DNA of 64,000 bases from Chiloscyllium plagiosum (GCF_004010195.1 NC_057749.1:25534669-25598668); one strand, 5' to 3'; shown: positions 1 to 12,205, counted from the stretch's first letter. Program-made: numbers and translations. Notes: generated from the sequence alone by a model not told the origin.

Positions 1-217
1 GGCTTTATTTGATGAACATCCCAAATTGCCAGATCTTCTTTGCATCCCATATTTTAATCAAAGATCTTCCAGTGTAATCACCCTAGTCCCTGAAGAATGT
101 CTGGGCTGATCTCTCATTAGAAAGACAGACAAACAGTAGTGAGTTTAACCAGAGGGTCATCACACCTCAGGCAAAGAGCAAGGTTGAGAAAGGGAGTCCT
201 TCACAATAACCTCAGTC

Positions 218-522
218 TTTTTTTTTATTTCAAAAATATACTTTATCCATAAAATACTTTAATGGTCTGTACAGTTGGACATGCCATACATATGTAAACA
301 TTCCATTTGTTTGCATACCGAAACAGAGTAATCATTCCTATTTACAGGTCAGTACAATTACATTTTTAGCTGAGGGGTCAGCAGAGCCCAAATGACTGCG
401 CGGGCCCCCTGTTCTTCTTTAGGCAGGCAGATGTTACACGGTGGTCTTTCCCCGCCGCGCCTTGGCAGCAGCTGCCCCAAGCTTCAGTCCGTCCCTCAAC
501 ACCTTGGAATGTGCCAGTCTGC
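218..522 (-). mobile_element. 5'-truncated Tx1/L1-type LINE 3' end inserted in an older tRNA-derived SINE-like element
   Basis: Poly-T at 218-226; minus-strand ORF end VLRDGLKLGAAAAKARRGKTTV* (434-502); TSD aacctcagtc at 208-217 and 523-532. Tx1 assignment is from recalled similarity. Confidence 0.7.
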
Positions 523-895
523 AACCTCAGTCACTACAGGAATAGAGCCAACGCTGTTGGTCTCACCCTGCATCACAAACCAGTCATGCAGTCAACTGAA
601 CTATGCTATCCCTACAGTCCAAGTGCATGCATTACAAACATGAAATGGATGAGTGTACCTGCACAGCTTAAAGCACCTACTTCGCGTGGTGCTGGCCCCC
701 TCGCCTGTGTTGGGAACACAGTTAAATACATAGGTGACAATGTGCTGTCTGAAAAGAAGTTGAGATGTAAATGTAGCTTTGTAAGACTTTGGTTAGGCTA
801 CACCCAGAATATTGCTTGCAGTTCTGGTCATCACATTATGTGGAGGCTTTGAGGAGGGTGCAGAAAAGGTTTACCAGGATGCTGCCTGGATTAGA

Positions 896-1208
896 GATTA
901 GATTCCCTACAGTGTGGAAACAGGCCCTTCAGCCCAACAAGTCCACACCAACCCTCCAAAGACCAACCCACCCAGACCCACTTCCCTCTGACTAATGCAC
1001 CTAACACTATGGGCAATTTCCCATGGCCAATTTACCTGACCTGCACATCTTTGGACTGTGGGAGGAAACCGGAGCACCCGGAGGAAACCCACACAGACAC
1101 TGGGAGAATGTGCAAACTCCACACAGACAGGTGCCCGAGGCTGGAATCAAACTTGGGACCCTGATACTGTGAGGCAGCAGTGCTAACCACTGAGTCACCA
1201 TGCCACCC
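896..1208 (-). mobile_element. HE1-like V-SINE (tRNA-derived), full length, interrupting a CR1-type fragment
   Basis: tRNA-like A/B-box head, V-domain gtgtggagtttgcac...cccacagtccaaagatgtgc, CR1-like tail. Confidence 0.9.
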
Positions 1209-1831
1209 AGAGCATATGAGCTATCAGGAGAGGTTAGAAAAACTCAGGAGGAGAAAGTGAGGACTGCAGATGCTGGAGATCAGAGCTGAAAATGTGTTGC
1301 TGGAAAAGCGCAGCAGGTCAGACAGCATCCAAGGAACAGGAGAATCGACGTTTCGGGCATGAGCCTTCTTCAGGAAAACTCAGAAAAACTCAGGTTGCTT
1401 TCCTCTGGAGGAGCGGAGGATGAGGGGAGACCTGACAGAAGTCTGTAACATTATGAGATGCATAGATAGGGTTGACGGTCAGAAACATTTTTCCAGACTT
1501 GAAATATCTAAACCTAGGGAGCATGCATTTAAGGTGAGAGGGGGCAAGTTCAAAGGAAATGTGAGGGGCAGGTTTTCTGCACAGAGAGTGGTAGGAATCT
1601 GGAATATGCTGCCAGGAGTGGTGGATGGAGGTACAATAGGGGCATTTAGATAAGGACAGGAATATGCAAGGAATGGATGGGGACCAAGGGCAGATAGAAG
1701 GGACTAGTTTAATTTGGCATCACGTCCAGCACAACAATGTGGACCGAAGGGCCTGTTCCTGTGCTGTCCTGTTCTATTTGCTATGTAAGTGTACATTTAG
1801 ACGTGATCTATCATGGTCTTTCCTTCCTCAG

Positions 1832-1956
1832 GTCAGGGTCTTGAATTTGACCGTATTCCAGTGGCACTACGGTTTGAAACTACTACCTTCACAATTGAGC
1901 TGAATGATAGATCAACTCCCGAGTTCATTGCACTCAGCTCCAGAGTGACAAATGTG
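1832..1956 (+). CDS. Gene A exon: SEA-1 part a (QGLEFDRIPVALRFETTTFTIELNDRSTPEFIALSSRVTNV)
   Basis: ttcctcag acceptor, gtaagt donor, phase 1->0, 125 nt; paralogous to 18196-18320. Confidence 0.88.
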
Positions 1957-2792
1957 GTAAGTCTTCCACGCAGACTTGGATGATGTGCGAATATAAAAGG
2001 AATTTTCTAAAACTGGCAAAAATAATATTCTCAGATTTCCAGCCATGCTTAGCTGCAGTGTTTCATTACCGCAGCTTATAGCCCACACACATTTGCATGG
2101 GAGAGAATAGAATGATTGATTTACAGACACAATACTAAAGCTTTCGCCCTCTACCAAGGAGTGCTGATATAGTTAGAAGCTTTAACATGTTAAACTGATC
2201 ACATACCATTTGCTGTTAGTCCCCATGCATTACCGTTATTGTGGTGGTGATATTCTGTTAGGGGCACTTACCAAGATCTATCAGAGCCTTATTCAGTGCA
2301 AACATCTTTCTGAGAAAGCTCCAAGCAATTCTTGGTCCATGAAAGTTCTTGGGTAGAAAGCAGCTTCACAAGCTAACGAGAGGTGCACTTGGTCTGAATG
2401 TGTCATTGCCAAACACAAAGGCTCTGAAACATTCATTTGTACTCTGTAAATACAGGACCACTAGCTTGTCACCACCGCTGAGAGGTAGCTCACCACACTG
2501 GGTGTGCTCAGCTTTATGAGTCCTGTTGGTATAAGGCTTGAAGCAGCAGGGACACCCACTAGGAATTCGAGCCTGGGATGATCAAACCTCAGGATTACAA
2601 GATCCTGGCCACCACCCACCATTCAGTGTTCCTGTCCCTTCATTCATGGATCATGTTGGAATGGATCACAGGAACGGGAGTGTTTAAAATGGCCATTTGG
2701 AGACGTTATTGATGTGATTCCGAATACTTCCACTAGAGTTGACACGTTCCGTGGTGAGCCCTGTGTGCATTTTCGATCTGTAACATTCACAA

Positions 2793-3723
2793 GGGGGGTT
2801 GGTGATGATTCACCACGGCAGATTCTCCACCAGCGTTTCTCCACTGGGGTCATTTGACCTCTGGAGAGTATTCGCCACCGTAAACATATATAAATGTACT
2901 GATTGTTTTCCCTCCCGCCTGTTCTTTCATACTTCTCATTCCCCTTTATTTATACAACTACATATTGATTTAAAAAAAGAGGTAAAATAAATATCATTTT
3001 ATTGGTTTATATATAAAAATGAGTTACAAACTTTAACCAGAAAAAAGAAATATATTTTAAAAATCTTTATAATGGCAGTAAAGTCTCACATTAATATTAA
3101 ACAATGAAATTTTAGTTCATTTGATACTTATGCGCTATTCCTCTAAGATATTCCAAACAGTCTCTTTCATCGTACAATCTCACCGTATTCAAGAACAATT
3201 TTTTTTTGTATTCTATCGTCTGAGTCTCCTATCATTCCTTTATCGTAAAATTATTTTCTTCACGTTGCTTGTCATCGGTAAAGATGCTAGGACTGACTGA
3301 GGGACATCAGCTACACAATCGTTAATAAGAACACTATAAGAACACAATACGAATGTTCACATCGCCAAAACTTAATACTTGAATCACTCTTGGACAGTTT
3401 ATCAAAGACATATATAAAACCATCGTGGTAACACTTCTTATTTTCACGTTTACTAATAATTGCTTTTTCCATTTTGAAGATTTGAGGGTAAATGGAAAAA
3501 AAACCACAAGCTTAAAAGAAGCTCTCCTGTAACGAAAATAAGTTGTTACTGAAACAACGCAAACACTACCTTAACCAACGTAACGACGATTTTATATAGT
3601 TTAGATATGCTTGTTCTCTAACATTTTAAACTTACTGGATGTGGCTAATCATCTTCAGTGGCCAATGGGCGGTGGCTAATCATTGGCGGCGAATCTGCTG
3701 TCGTGAATGGTCCCATCCCGCCC
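2793..3723 (-). mobile_element. Internally deleted MULE/Phantom-like DNA transposon with FLYWCH transposase remnants
   Basis: Imperfect TIRs (2809-2832 vs 3684-3707, 20/24 match); absent from the paralogous intron near 20665; minus-strand peptides SKRENKKCYHDGFIYVFDK..FWRCE, LPMTSNVKKIILR*RN and LEYLRGIAHKYQMN*. Confidence 0.8.
3112..3472 (-). pseudogene. Fragmented MULE-type transposase: FLYWCH N-terminus, linker and extreme C-terminus; DDE core deleted
   Basis: ATG at 3472, 53-aa frame to TAG at 3311; further blocks in shifted frames ending at TAA 3112-3114. Confidence 0.75.
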
Positions 3724-3906
3724 AATGGAAGTGTCATGCAACTTGACTCCTATTGCCGGATTGCCCAGATGACACTCCCCTCATACAGAGCTCTCCATCT
3801 GGAGCGAGAGATTGTTTTGGGTATGTCGGGAGCGATTCATGTCCTGAGAACCTGACACTGCATGGCCCCCATTAAACACATTTATTCTTGCCTTCTTGTG
3901 CTGTAG

Positions 3907-3965
3907 ATAAACAGTGTCTTTGGAAATGATCCGAACTTCACTGAGGTCGTAATCAATGGATTTAG
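3907..3965 (+). CDS. Gene A exon: SEA-1 part b (INSVFGNDPNFTEVVINGFR)
   Basis: ctgtag / gtaagt, phase 0->2, 59 nt; paralogous to 20845-20903. Confidence 0.88.
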
Positions 3966-4189
3966 GTAAGTACCAATCACTTGAAAATAAAGAAAATGCT
4001 AAACATATCTCTGTATTATCGGTAAGGGTAAGGTCCCTTTCCCATTATTGGTAGCACCTATGAGTACCAGACCCAGTTCGTCGGTGCATTTAATGGATTT
4101 GATGCATCTGTGTTTTCAGGCTACAGTGAGTCCACTGTATTTAACCTTTTCCCAAACTCTTTTTTTTGTTTCTCTTTACAACAATCTAG

Positions 4190-4335
4190 GAATGGATCTA
4201 CTATAGCAGATGTAACAACAGTATTCAGTTTTGGAACAACAAAGCAATCAACTGTTACCCAAACAATCATTGATAACAGTGAAACATTCGTGAAGGCTGA
4301 TTTCAGCTTGGACATCAACTTCCTTATGGGCACAA
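4190..4335 (+). CDS. Gene A exon: SEA-1 part c (NGSTIADVTTVFSFGTTKQSTVTQTIIDNSETFVKADFSLDINFLMGT)
   Basis: Pyrimidine tract + ctag, donor gtatgt, phase 2->1, 146 nt; FR|NGS motif across the junction. Confidence 0.85.
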
Positions 4336-4514
4336 GTATGTTATCCATAACCATAACACCTTCTTTTTGTTTGTAGTGTTTAACTGTAAATCTTAATGGT
4401 GAATAAGTAAGGAATGACTGCCTCCAAACTGCCACAGACATGCCAAGTTGGTGGGTACAGGTTATAAATCTGTCACCCACGGACCCCCCCCCTCAGTTGT
4501 ATCTTGATATGGTA

Positions 4515-5245
4515 AAGTCCTGGGGAGTGTTGCTGAACAAAGACAGTGCAACAAAGAGAGTCCTCGAAAGTGGAGGCGAAGGGAGACAGGATAGTGAATA
4601 AGGCATTTGGTATGCTTGCCTTTATTGGTCTGAGCATTGACTATAAGAGTTAAGATGTGATATTGCAGCTGTACAGGACATTAGTTAGGCCACTTTTGGA
4701 ATACTGCATGCAATTCTGATCTCCCTGCTATAGGAATTAATGTTGTGAAACTTGAAAGGGAACAGAAAAGATTTTCAAGCATATTGTCAGGGTTGGAGGA
4801 TTTGAGCTATAGGGAGAAGCTGAATAGGCTGGGGCTGTTTTCCCTGGACCATTGGGGACTGCGGGGTGACCTTATAGAGGTTTATAAAATCATGAAGGGC
4901 ATGCATAGGGTAAATAGACAACGTCTTTTTTCCAGGTTAGGGGAGTCCAGGACTAGAGGGCATAGGTTTAGGGTGAGAGCGGAAAGATATAAAAGGGACC
5001 TAAGGGGCAACTTTTTCACACAGAGGGTGAGAAAAATATGTTATGAGCTGTCAGAGGAAGTGGTGGGGGTAGGTACAATAACAATGTTTAAAAGGCATCT
5101 GGTTGGGCATATGAATAGGAAGAGTTCACAGTTATGGGCCAAATGTTGGTTAATGGGACTAGGTTAATTTAGGATATCTGGTCAGCATGGATGAGTTGGA
5201 CCAAAGGGTCTCTTTCCACGCTGTGCAACTCCAAGACTCTATGAG
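4515..5245 (+). mobile_element. CR1/HER1-type LINE 3' fragment (ORF2 C-terminus)
   Basis: ORF 4745..5167 contains LNRLGLFSL..LRGDLIEVYKIMKG and RTRGHRFRV. Confidence 0.92.
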
Positions 5246-6831
5246 TCAATGGTACCACTTTGGAATGGTTTGCTTGAACACTGTGAAGGGGTGCTGCATG
5301 GAACAATGGAGACTGTGCCTCCTTCCCTGCCCAATCCCAGTACAGAGGTCAGTTGAGTTATAAATCCAGCCAAACAATCCCTTTGTGGTTTGTACACCAA
5401 AAGCATCTATTTATATAGTCCCTTTAAGGTACTAAAAGGAAATAGAAATGAAGATTGTTGAACAATGGTTAACGTTAAATCACAAAAGGCAGATGGCTAA
5501 AAAGCTGATCAAAGATCTAGTTTTTAATGGAGAAACCAAATGGAGGGAAGTGGGGCTAAAAAGGCAGTGAGGTTTAGAAATGGAATTCCACAGCGACTGA
5601 AGGGAAAGCGGCTAATGATAAAGGGCGGTGCGGAGGCCACAGTTAAATGAGCCCAGGTATGTCAGAGTCTTCTGCAACTGGAAAAGGTTACAGATCTTGG
5701 AAGGGGTGAAACCCCGGTCAAAATCAAAAATGAGTACATGAATTCTAAAGCAAAAGCATTGTTTAACTGGAGACCCTTGAGACGAATGAGCCATAACTGT
5801 CAACCTGAAGGTCATGTACAGCCTATTTAGGCACATCAAGCTCCCACAAACAAGGAGATAAATAGTTGAATAATTTACTTCAAGTGTTGTTTAAGGGTGG
5901 ATGTTGGTTAGGACCCATTGAGAACTACCTCAGAGTCCTTCCAAATAATGCTGTGTGATCTTCTATCTGAAGGGATAGATAGGAGTTATGAGCACCTTAT
6001 CCAAATGGAGTTAATTTTTTTAGACCAAGAGAAGGATCTCCATAAACTAATTCCATCATAATAATATTGAGTACAGTATCTTAGCTGGTGGTGCTAGGCA
6101 CAGTTAACCATGTGGGTAAAAACAATGACTGCAGATGCTGGAAACCAGATTCTGGATCAATGGTGCTGGAAGAGCACAGCAATTCAGGCAGCATCGGGGA
6201 GCTTCAGCAAAATCGACGTTTTGGGCAAAAGCCCTTCATACTCTTCCAGCACCATTGATCCAGACAGTTAACCATGTGACAATCTTGGTTTCTCCTTAGA
6301 ACCTCAAACTTCTCCACCATTCTGTGACTTTTTTTTAATTCCATAATTCAAATACAAATATTTGAAATCAGATGTTCTCAATAGTTTGGAGCAGGAGGAT
6401 ATTCAGAATATTTGCAACGTTATTAAAATATTGCATGTTATGACTTAGAATATATCTTTTACTGTTCCTGCACAAAGATGTTGCACACTTCAGATGAAGA
6501 AAAATTCATGTCCTCTCATGCTCTATTGTTTCTTAGTGAACTTTAATGGCCCAGGGGCATAATTATCTTATTCATTTAATCATATGAGATCAGGTTGAAG
6601 GTTTTGCCAGTTATGGTATGCCTGTCAAATGGACAGTGAGCCTCAGACATCATTAAAAGGAGAATGCAACTTATTCTGTAATATCGTAATAGGATATTTT
6701 AATTTAATGTTGGGGAAAATGCACTGTTGATCATTTTTTCTTGAGATATCTCATTTCAACTATATTAACCAGAGAGAACGGAATACGTTAAAATTGTTCA
6801 GGAACATAAACAGTACTCTTTCCATTCTCAG

Positions 6832-7319
6832 CGACCACCATCCCAGCAATGACCACCACCAGAACATCAACACCCACAACCAGAAGCACAGTGTCAACTA
6901 CATCTGAATCTCCAACAACGGCCAATGCAACACAAGCATCAACAACAGCCAATACAACACAAGCATCAACAACAGCCAATACAACACAAACATCAACAAC
7001 AGCAGCCAATGTAACACAAGCATCAACAGCAGCAGCCAATGTAACACAAGCATCAACAGCAGCAGTCAATGTAACAGAAGCATCAACAACAACAGCCAAT
7101 ACAACACAAACATCGACAACAGTCAATGTAACAGAAGCATCGACAACAGCCAATACAACACAAGCATCGACAACAGCCAATGTAACACCAGCACCGACAA
7201 CAACGGCCAATGTTCTTGTGACACCTGTGACCGTGGCTCTCAATGGAACTTTTACACCAGCATTATCTAATAGTAATTCACCTGAGTTTCAGAATCTTAG
7301 AGACAGTGTAGAACGTCAA
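6832..7319 (+). CDS. Gene A exon: Thr/Ala/Ser-rich mucin repeat plus SEA-2 part a (...VTVALNGTFTPALSNSNSPEFQNLRDSVERQ)
   Basis: ttctcag / gtaagt, phase 1->0, 488 nt; same frame as ORF 6849..7418. Confidence 0.92.
6915..7214 (+). repeat. Coding tandem repeat, about 11 units of 27-30 nt (consensus TANxTQAST[T/A])
   Basis: Repeated acaacagccaat(a/g)(c/t)aacacaagcatca. Confidence 0.95.
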
Positions 7320-9842
7320 GTAAGTTTGTTTTTTCCTGCTTCTCTACTTGTATATAATATTGAGTGTTTAAAAATGTTTTGTAAAGATCTACAAAGTGTA
7401 CATCTGCACTGGTGCTGATTTAGCATAGATCCTATCCTTAAATGGAAAATTTCAGCAGTATAATTTTGCGGTTAATGGAACGGAAATTTTTTTCCCTTTA
7501 TCTTGCCATTTTGATAATACTGAATTTGCTTCTACGTAGATGATTCCTTGATGACTCATTTAATATCAGCAGACTCAAATGATTCAGTGAATCAAAGTCT
7601 GAGGGGAATGTGTTTTGCATCTTCAGGATATCTGAAATAAAATCTGAGAATGCTAGAAATACTAGGCAGGGCTACGTCTGTGAAGTGAGAATCAAAGTTA
7701 ACAGGCAGAATTTTCCATTCTGGTTTGGATACCTGACTTTGACATGAAATGTGAGCCCTAACTCCACAGTGTGTCAGGAACTGTAACCCAACAGCAATTT
7801 TTGTTGCACTGCCTAAGCTTGGCTCAAGGGTAACCAGACAATGGAGGACAAGAGGTGATGGCTAGTCTGTTAATCCAGTGACCCAGGTAATGTTACTTTA
7901 ACTCCCCCTCCACTCCACCAAGGACATGCAGGTCCTTGGTCTCCTCCATCGCCAGACCATGGCAACACGATGCCTGGAGGAAGAGCACCTCATCTTCCAC
8001 CTAGGAGCCCTCCCCCAACACCCCTCCCCCAAGTCCCTCCTCCCTACCTTTTATCTTAGCCTGCTTGGCACACCTTCCTCATTCCTGAAGAAGGGCTTAT
8101 ACCCGAAATGTCGATTCTCCTGCTCCTTGGATGCTGCCTGACTTGCTGTGCTTTTCCAGCAACAAATTTTTCAGCTCTGATCTCCAGCATCTCCAGTCCT
8201 CACTTTCTCCTAATATACTGAGGGACTGGGTTCAAATGCCACCATGGGAATTCCATAAAGGTCTGGCATTAAGGGTGTATGATGATTGCAAAATGACTGT
8301 TGGGGAAAAACCCATCTGGTTCACTAACGCCTTTTACAGAAGGAAACCATCCTTACCTGATTTGACTCGAGACCCACAGCAATGTGGTTGACTCTCAACT
8401 GATCTCTAGGAAATACTAGGAATGGGCAATAAATGCTGGTATGGCCAGTGTAGACAAACTGGAGGCTGGAAGAACAAAGAAATCCAGCAGCATCAGGAGG
8501 TGGAAATGTCAATGTTGTGGGTATTAACCCTGCTTCAGGACTCAGTTATACCCATAACCACCTCTTCCTCTGGCATTTCATTCCACACACAAACCAGTCT
8601 CGGTGTGAAACATTGCCCTCATGTCTTTTTTAAATCTTTCTCCCCTCATCTTAAAACTGTGCTCCCGGGTTTTGAACTCCCCCCACTCTGGGGAAGTGAG
8701 CTTTGTCATTCATCTTTTCTGTGTCCCTTGTGATTTTATAAACCTCAATAAGGTCACCCCTCAACCTCCTTAGGCTACAATGAAAATGTCCCAGCCTTTC
8801 CAATCTATTTTTATAACTCAAACCCTCTTTTCATGGCAACATCCTGGTTAATGATTTCAGAACCTTCTCCAGCTTAATAATCTCCTTCCTATAGCAAGGC
8901 AACCAGAACTGGACACAGTACTCCACAGGAGACCTCACCAATGTTCTGTACAACCTCAGCATGATATCCCAACTCCTGTACTTGGCACTTTATCTGCTAA
9001 TGGTTTGTCCTGAGCTGTGTTTTATTTTAGCTTTTGAGTCACTGCCTTCACTCTCAGGGATGGGGGGGAGGAGATTTTCTTCACATTCTACCTCAGCCAA
9101 TAACGTGGTCACTATTGGTTTGTCTTTTTAACTGAGGTTTTTATTGAATTCCTCAATATTTTAGGGAATTGTGAATTACTGGTCCAATGACATTACCATG
9201 TATGCCCAGATCTTCTGGGTTAGTCGGGTGATCCTGGCTTTATTAATCGGGACGTAGAGTACAAAAACCAAGGAAATGATGTTGAATTTATACAGAATAG
9301 TTGTTCAACCTCAGCTGGAGTATTGTGTCTAGCTGTAGGTGTCACATTATATAAACCATGTGAGTGCGTCACAGAGAGTGCAGAAGTGAGTTACTAGAAA
9401 CGTTCCGAGTATGAGAAATGCCAGGCACAAGGATCAATTGAAGAAATTGGAACCATTTCCCTTGGAGGGAAGGTGGCTGAGAATTTGAAGAGAGACTTCA
9501 AGCCACAGCATTTCAGTTCAGGAACTCCAAAGATCTCTAGGTTAGATGGATTGGCCATGCTAAATTGCCCATAGTGTTCAGGGAGGTGTAGGTTAGGTGC
9601 ATTAGTCAGGGGTAAATATAGAATAATAGGGTCGGCGAATGGTTCTGGGTGGATTACTCTTCGGAGGATCGGTGTGGACATGTTGGGCCGAAGGGCCTGT
9701 TTCCACACTGTAGGGGTTCTGTGATTCAAATACACTACTTGTTGAACCACAACTGAAGTGATAAATATTCAAGATTCTGTTATCAGTGATTACTTATGAA
9801 AATTATTCAGACTGGATCTTAAAATGTTTCTTTCTTTTAAAG

Positions 9843-9907
9843 CTTACAGCGTTATACCGTAGACGTGCACCTACTGGTTTTCGAGGATACCGTGTCATAA
9901 GGTTCAG
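9843..9907 (+). CDS. Gene A exon: SEA-2 part b (LTALYRRRAPTGFRGYRVIRFR)
   Basis: ttttaaag / gtaggc, phase 0->2, 65 nt. Confidence 0.85.
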
Positions 9908-12205
9908 GTAGGCAGTGGGCTCAGTCTAATCAGGCAGTGGTCGCGGTTTGTTAATGAGCTTGTTAATAGCTTTTGTTTTTAATTTGCAACCCCGATGCAA
10001 TTTGGAGAAAACTAACCTCTCAGAGTTTGTCCATGACTTTGAAACTGTTGCCAGGACAGTGGATATAGAATCATAGAATCATAGTGTCCACCAACACGGA
10101 CACAGGCTCTTTGGCACAAACTGGTCATGCCAACCTAAATGTCAATCCGCTCTGACCCCATAACCCTACACTTGGCCCATATCCTTCTAAACCTTTCCTG
10201 TCCATGTATTTGTTCAAATGCCTTTTAAATATCGTTTGTGTACCTGCCTCAACCACTTCTGCTGGCAGCTCATTCCATACCACCCTCTGTGTGGAAAAAA
10301 ATTGCCACTCAGGTTCCCTTTATTCTTTCCCCTCTAACCTTAAACTGATGCCCTCTAGTCCTTGATTCCCCAATCCTGGGGAAAAGACTGAGTGCGTTCA
10401 CCCAATCCGTGCCTCTCCTGATCTTCTACATCTCTATAAAGTCCCCCCTTAGTCTCCTATGCTCTTAAGAAAAAAGTCCTAGCTTGTCCAACCTCTCCCG
10501 ATAACTCACTTCCTTGAGTCCTGGCAACATCCTTGTAAATTTCTTCTGCATTCTTAATTTCATTATAATATTATGTTGGGAGATGGTGGTGTAGCAGCGT
10601 CTCAGGGTCAGGGAATTATTGTGCCTCAGAAGCAGGTGAGTCAGGCCATCGTGCCTGCACTGACTGCCTTTGGCTGGTGTGGGGTCTCCTTACTTTAGCC
10701 CATCTCCCTAACTACCCAAATGCTCCGATGCCTCAATTGACCCTGCCTTTCCCACACCAGACAGTGCACTCCTTACTCTAACACACTCTCACTTTGCTCT
10801 TGCTTCAATCACACATCATGTGAAGTCTAGACCCTCTCGCAAAGCTGTGCCTTTTACAAGCAGTAACAGCTTTACCCCTAACTACCCACTCATGGTCTTG
10901 GAAAACACAGTTAGACCTCCTCTCAGCCATCTTCCCTCCAAGGGAAACGGTTCCACTTTCTTCAATTGATCCTCGTGCCTGGCGTTTCTTTTACCCAGAA
11001 CGTTGCTAATAACTCACTTCTGCACTGTCTGCGATGTACTCACATTGTTTACATAGTATGGCACCCACAGCTGAGACACAGTACTCCAGCTGAAGTTGAA
11101 CAACTATTCTATGCAAGTTCGGCATCACTTCCTTGGTTTTTGTACTCTACGTCCCTTATTAATAAGGGCAGGATCAGCTGACTAACCCAGAAGATCTGGG
11201 CAAGCATGATAATGTCATTGGACTAGTAATCCACAATTCCCTAAAATATTGAGTTAAAAAAAATCACACAACATCAGATTAAAGTCCAACAGGTTTATTT
11301 GAAAGCCAATGCTTCCAAATAAACCTGTTGGACTATGAACTGGTGTTGAGTGATTTTTGACTTTGTCCACCCTAGTACAACACCGGCACCTCCAAGTCTA
11401 AAATATTGAGGAATTAATTAAATCAATTAAAACACCAGCCCAGTAGTGACCATGTGGCCACTGCTGAATGTGGTAGATATCCATCTGGTTCACAAATTTT
11501 CTTTACGCTGTCCTTACCTGATTAAAACTGAAAAGACTACGGATTCTGTAAATCAGAAACAAAGACAGAAATTGTTGGAGAAGCTCTGCAGGCCTGGAAG
11601 CAGCTAAGTATAGAAATGAGAGTTAACGTTTTACGTCGTGACCCTTCCTGAGAACTCAGAACAGTTCCGAGGATAGGTCCCTTGACCCAAAACGATAACT
11701 CTCATTTCTGTTCACAGATGCTTTCAGACCTGCAGAGCTTTTCCAGCAATTTCTGTTCTTTTTGCTGTCCTTACCTGGTCTGGCCTACATGTGACTCCAG
11801 ATCCACAGCGTTGTGGTTGACTCTGAGTAATAAATGCTGGCCTAGCTAGCAGTGCACACAGGGAATAAAACAAAAAATTGAATGGGCCGTAAGCCAAGTC
11901 AATGGGCTGAATAGCCTCCGTCTGCATCTTCCGGTCTGTGTTGGCATCACATTCTCCTGTTTTTAAAAGGGAATCAAACAATTTCAGCAGCAGCAATCTG
12001 AATGAACATGAGCTGTACCGGTACCAATAAAAAGTTCCCACTCCGTTGAGAATATAGAGCACTCACTCGTGAATTATCACAAAGGATGTTGCAAAGATGT
12101 TGTACCTCTCCAGCTGGGGGAAGTCACAAAGGGTTATTCTAATGAAAAAGCAACAGTCTAACCTGAATTCTGAAAGTAGAAGGTGGGAGTATAAACAAGA
12201 GTTGT

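Noticed and set aside
4329..4341. Possible GC donor or donor shift in SEA-1 exon c
   Set aside because: gtatgtta aligns with the paralog's gtaggtta donor, so the 6-nt difference is an in-frame exonic indel.
6788..7243. 151-aa Val/Ala-rich minus-strand ORF
   Set aside because: Antisense shadow of the Thr-rich coding repeat; the + strand has splice sites in phase with neighbouring exons.
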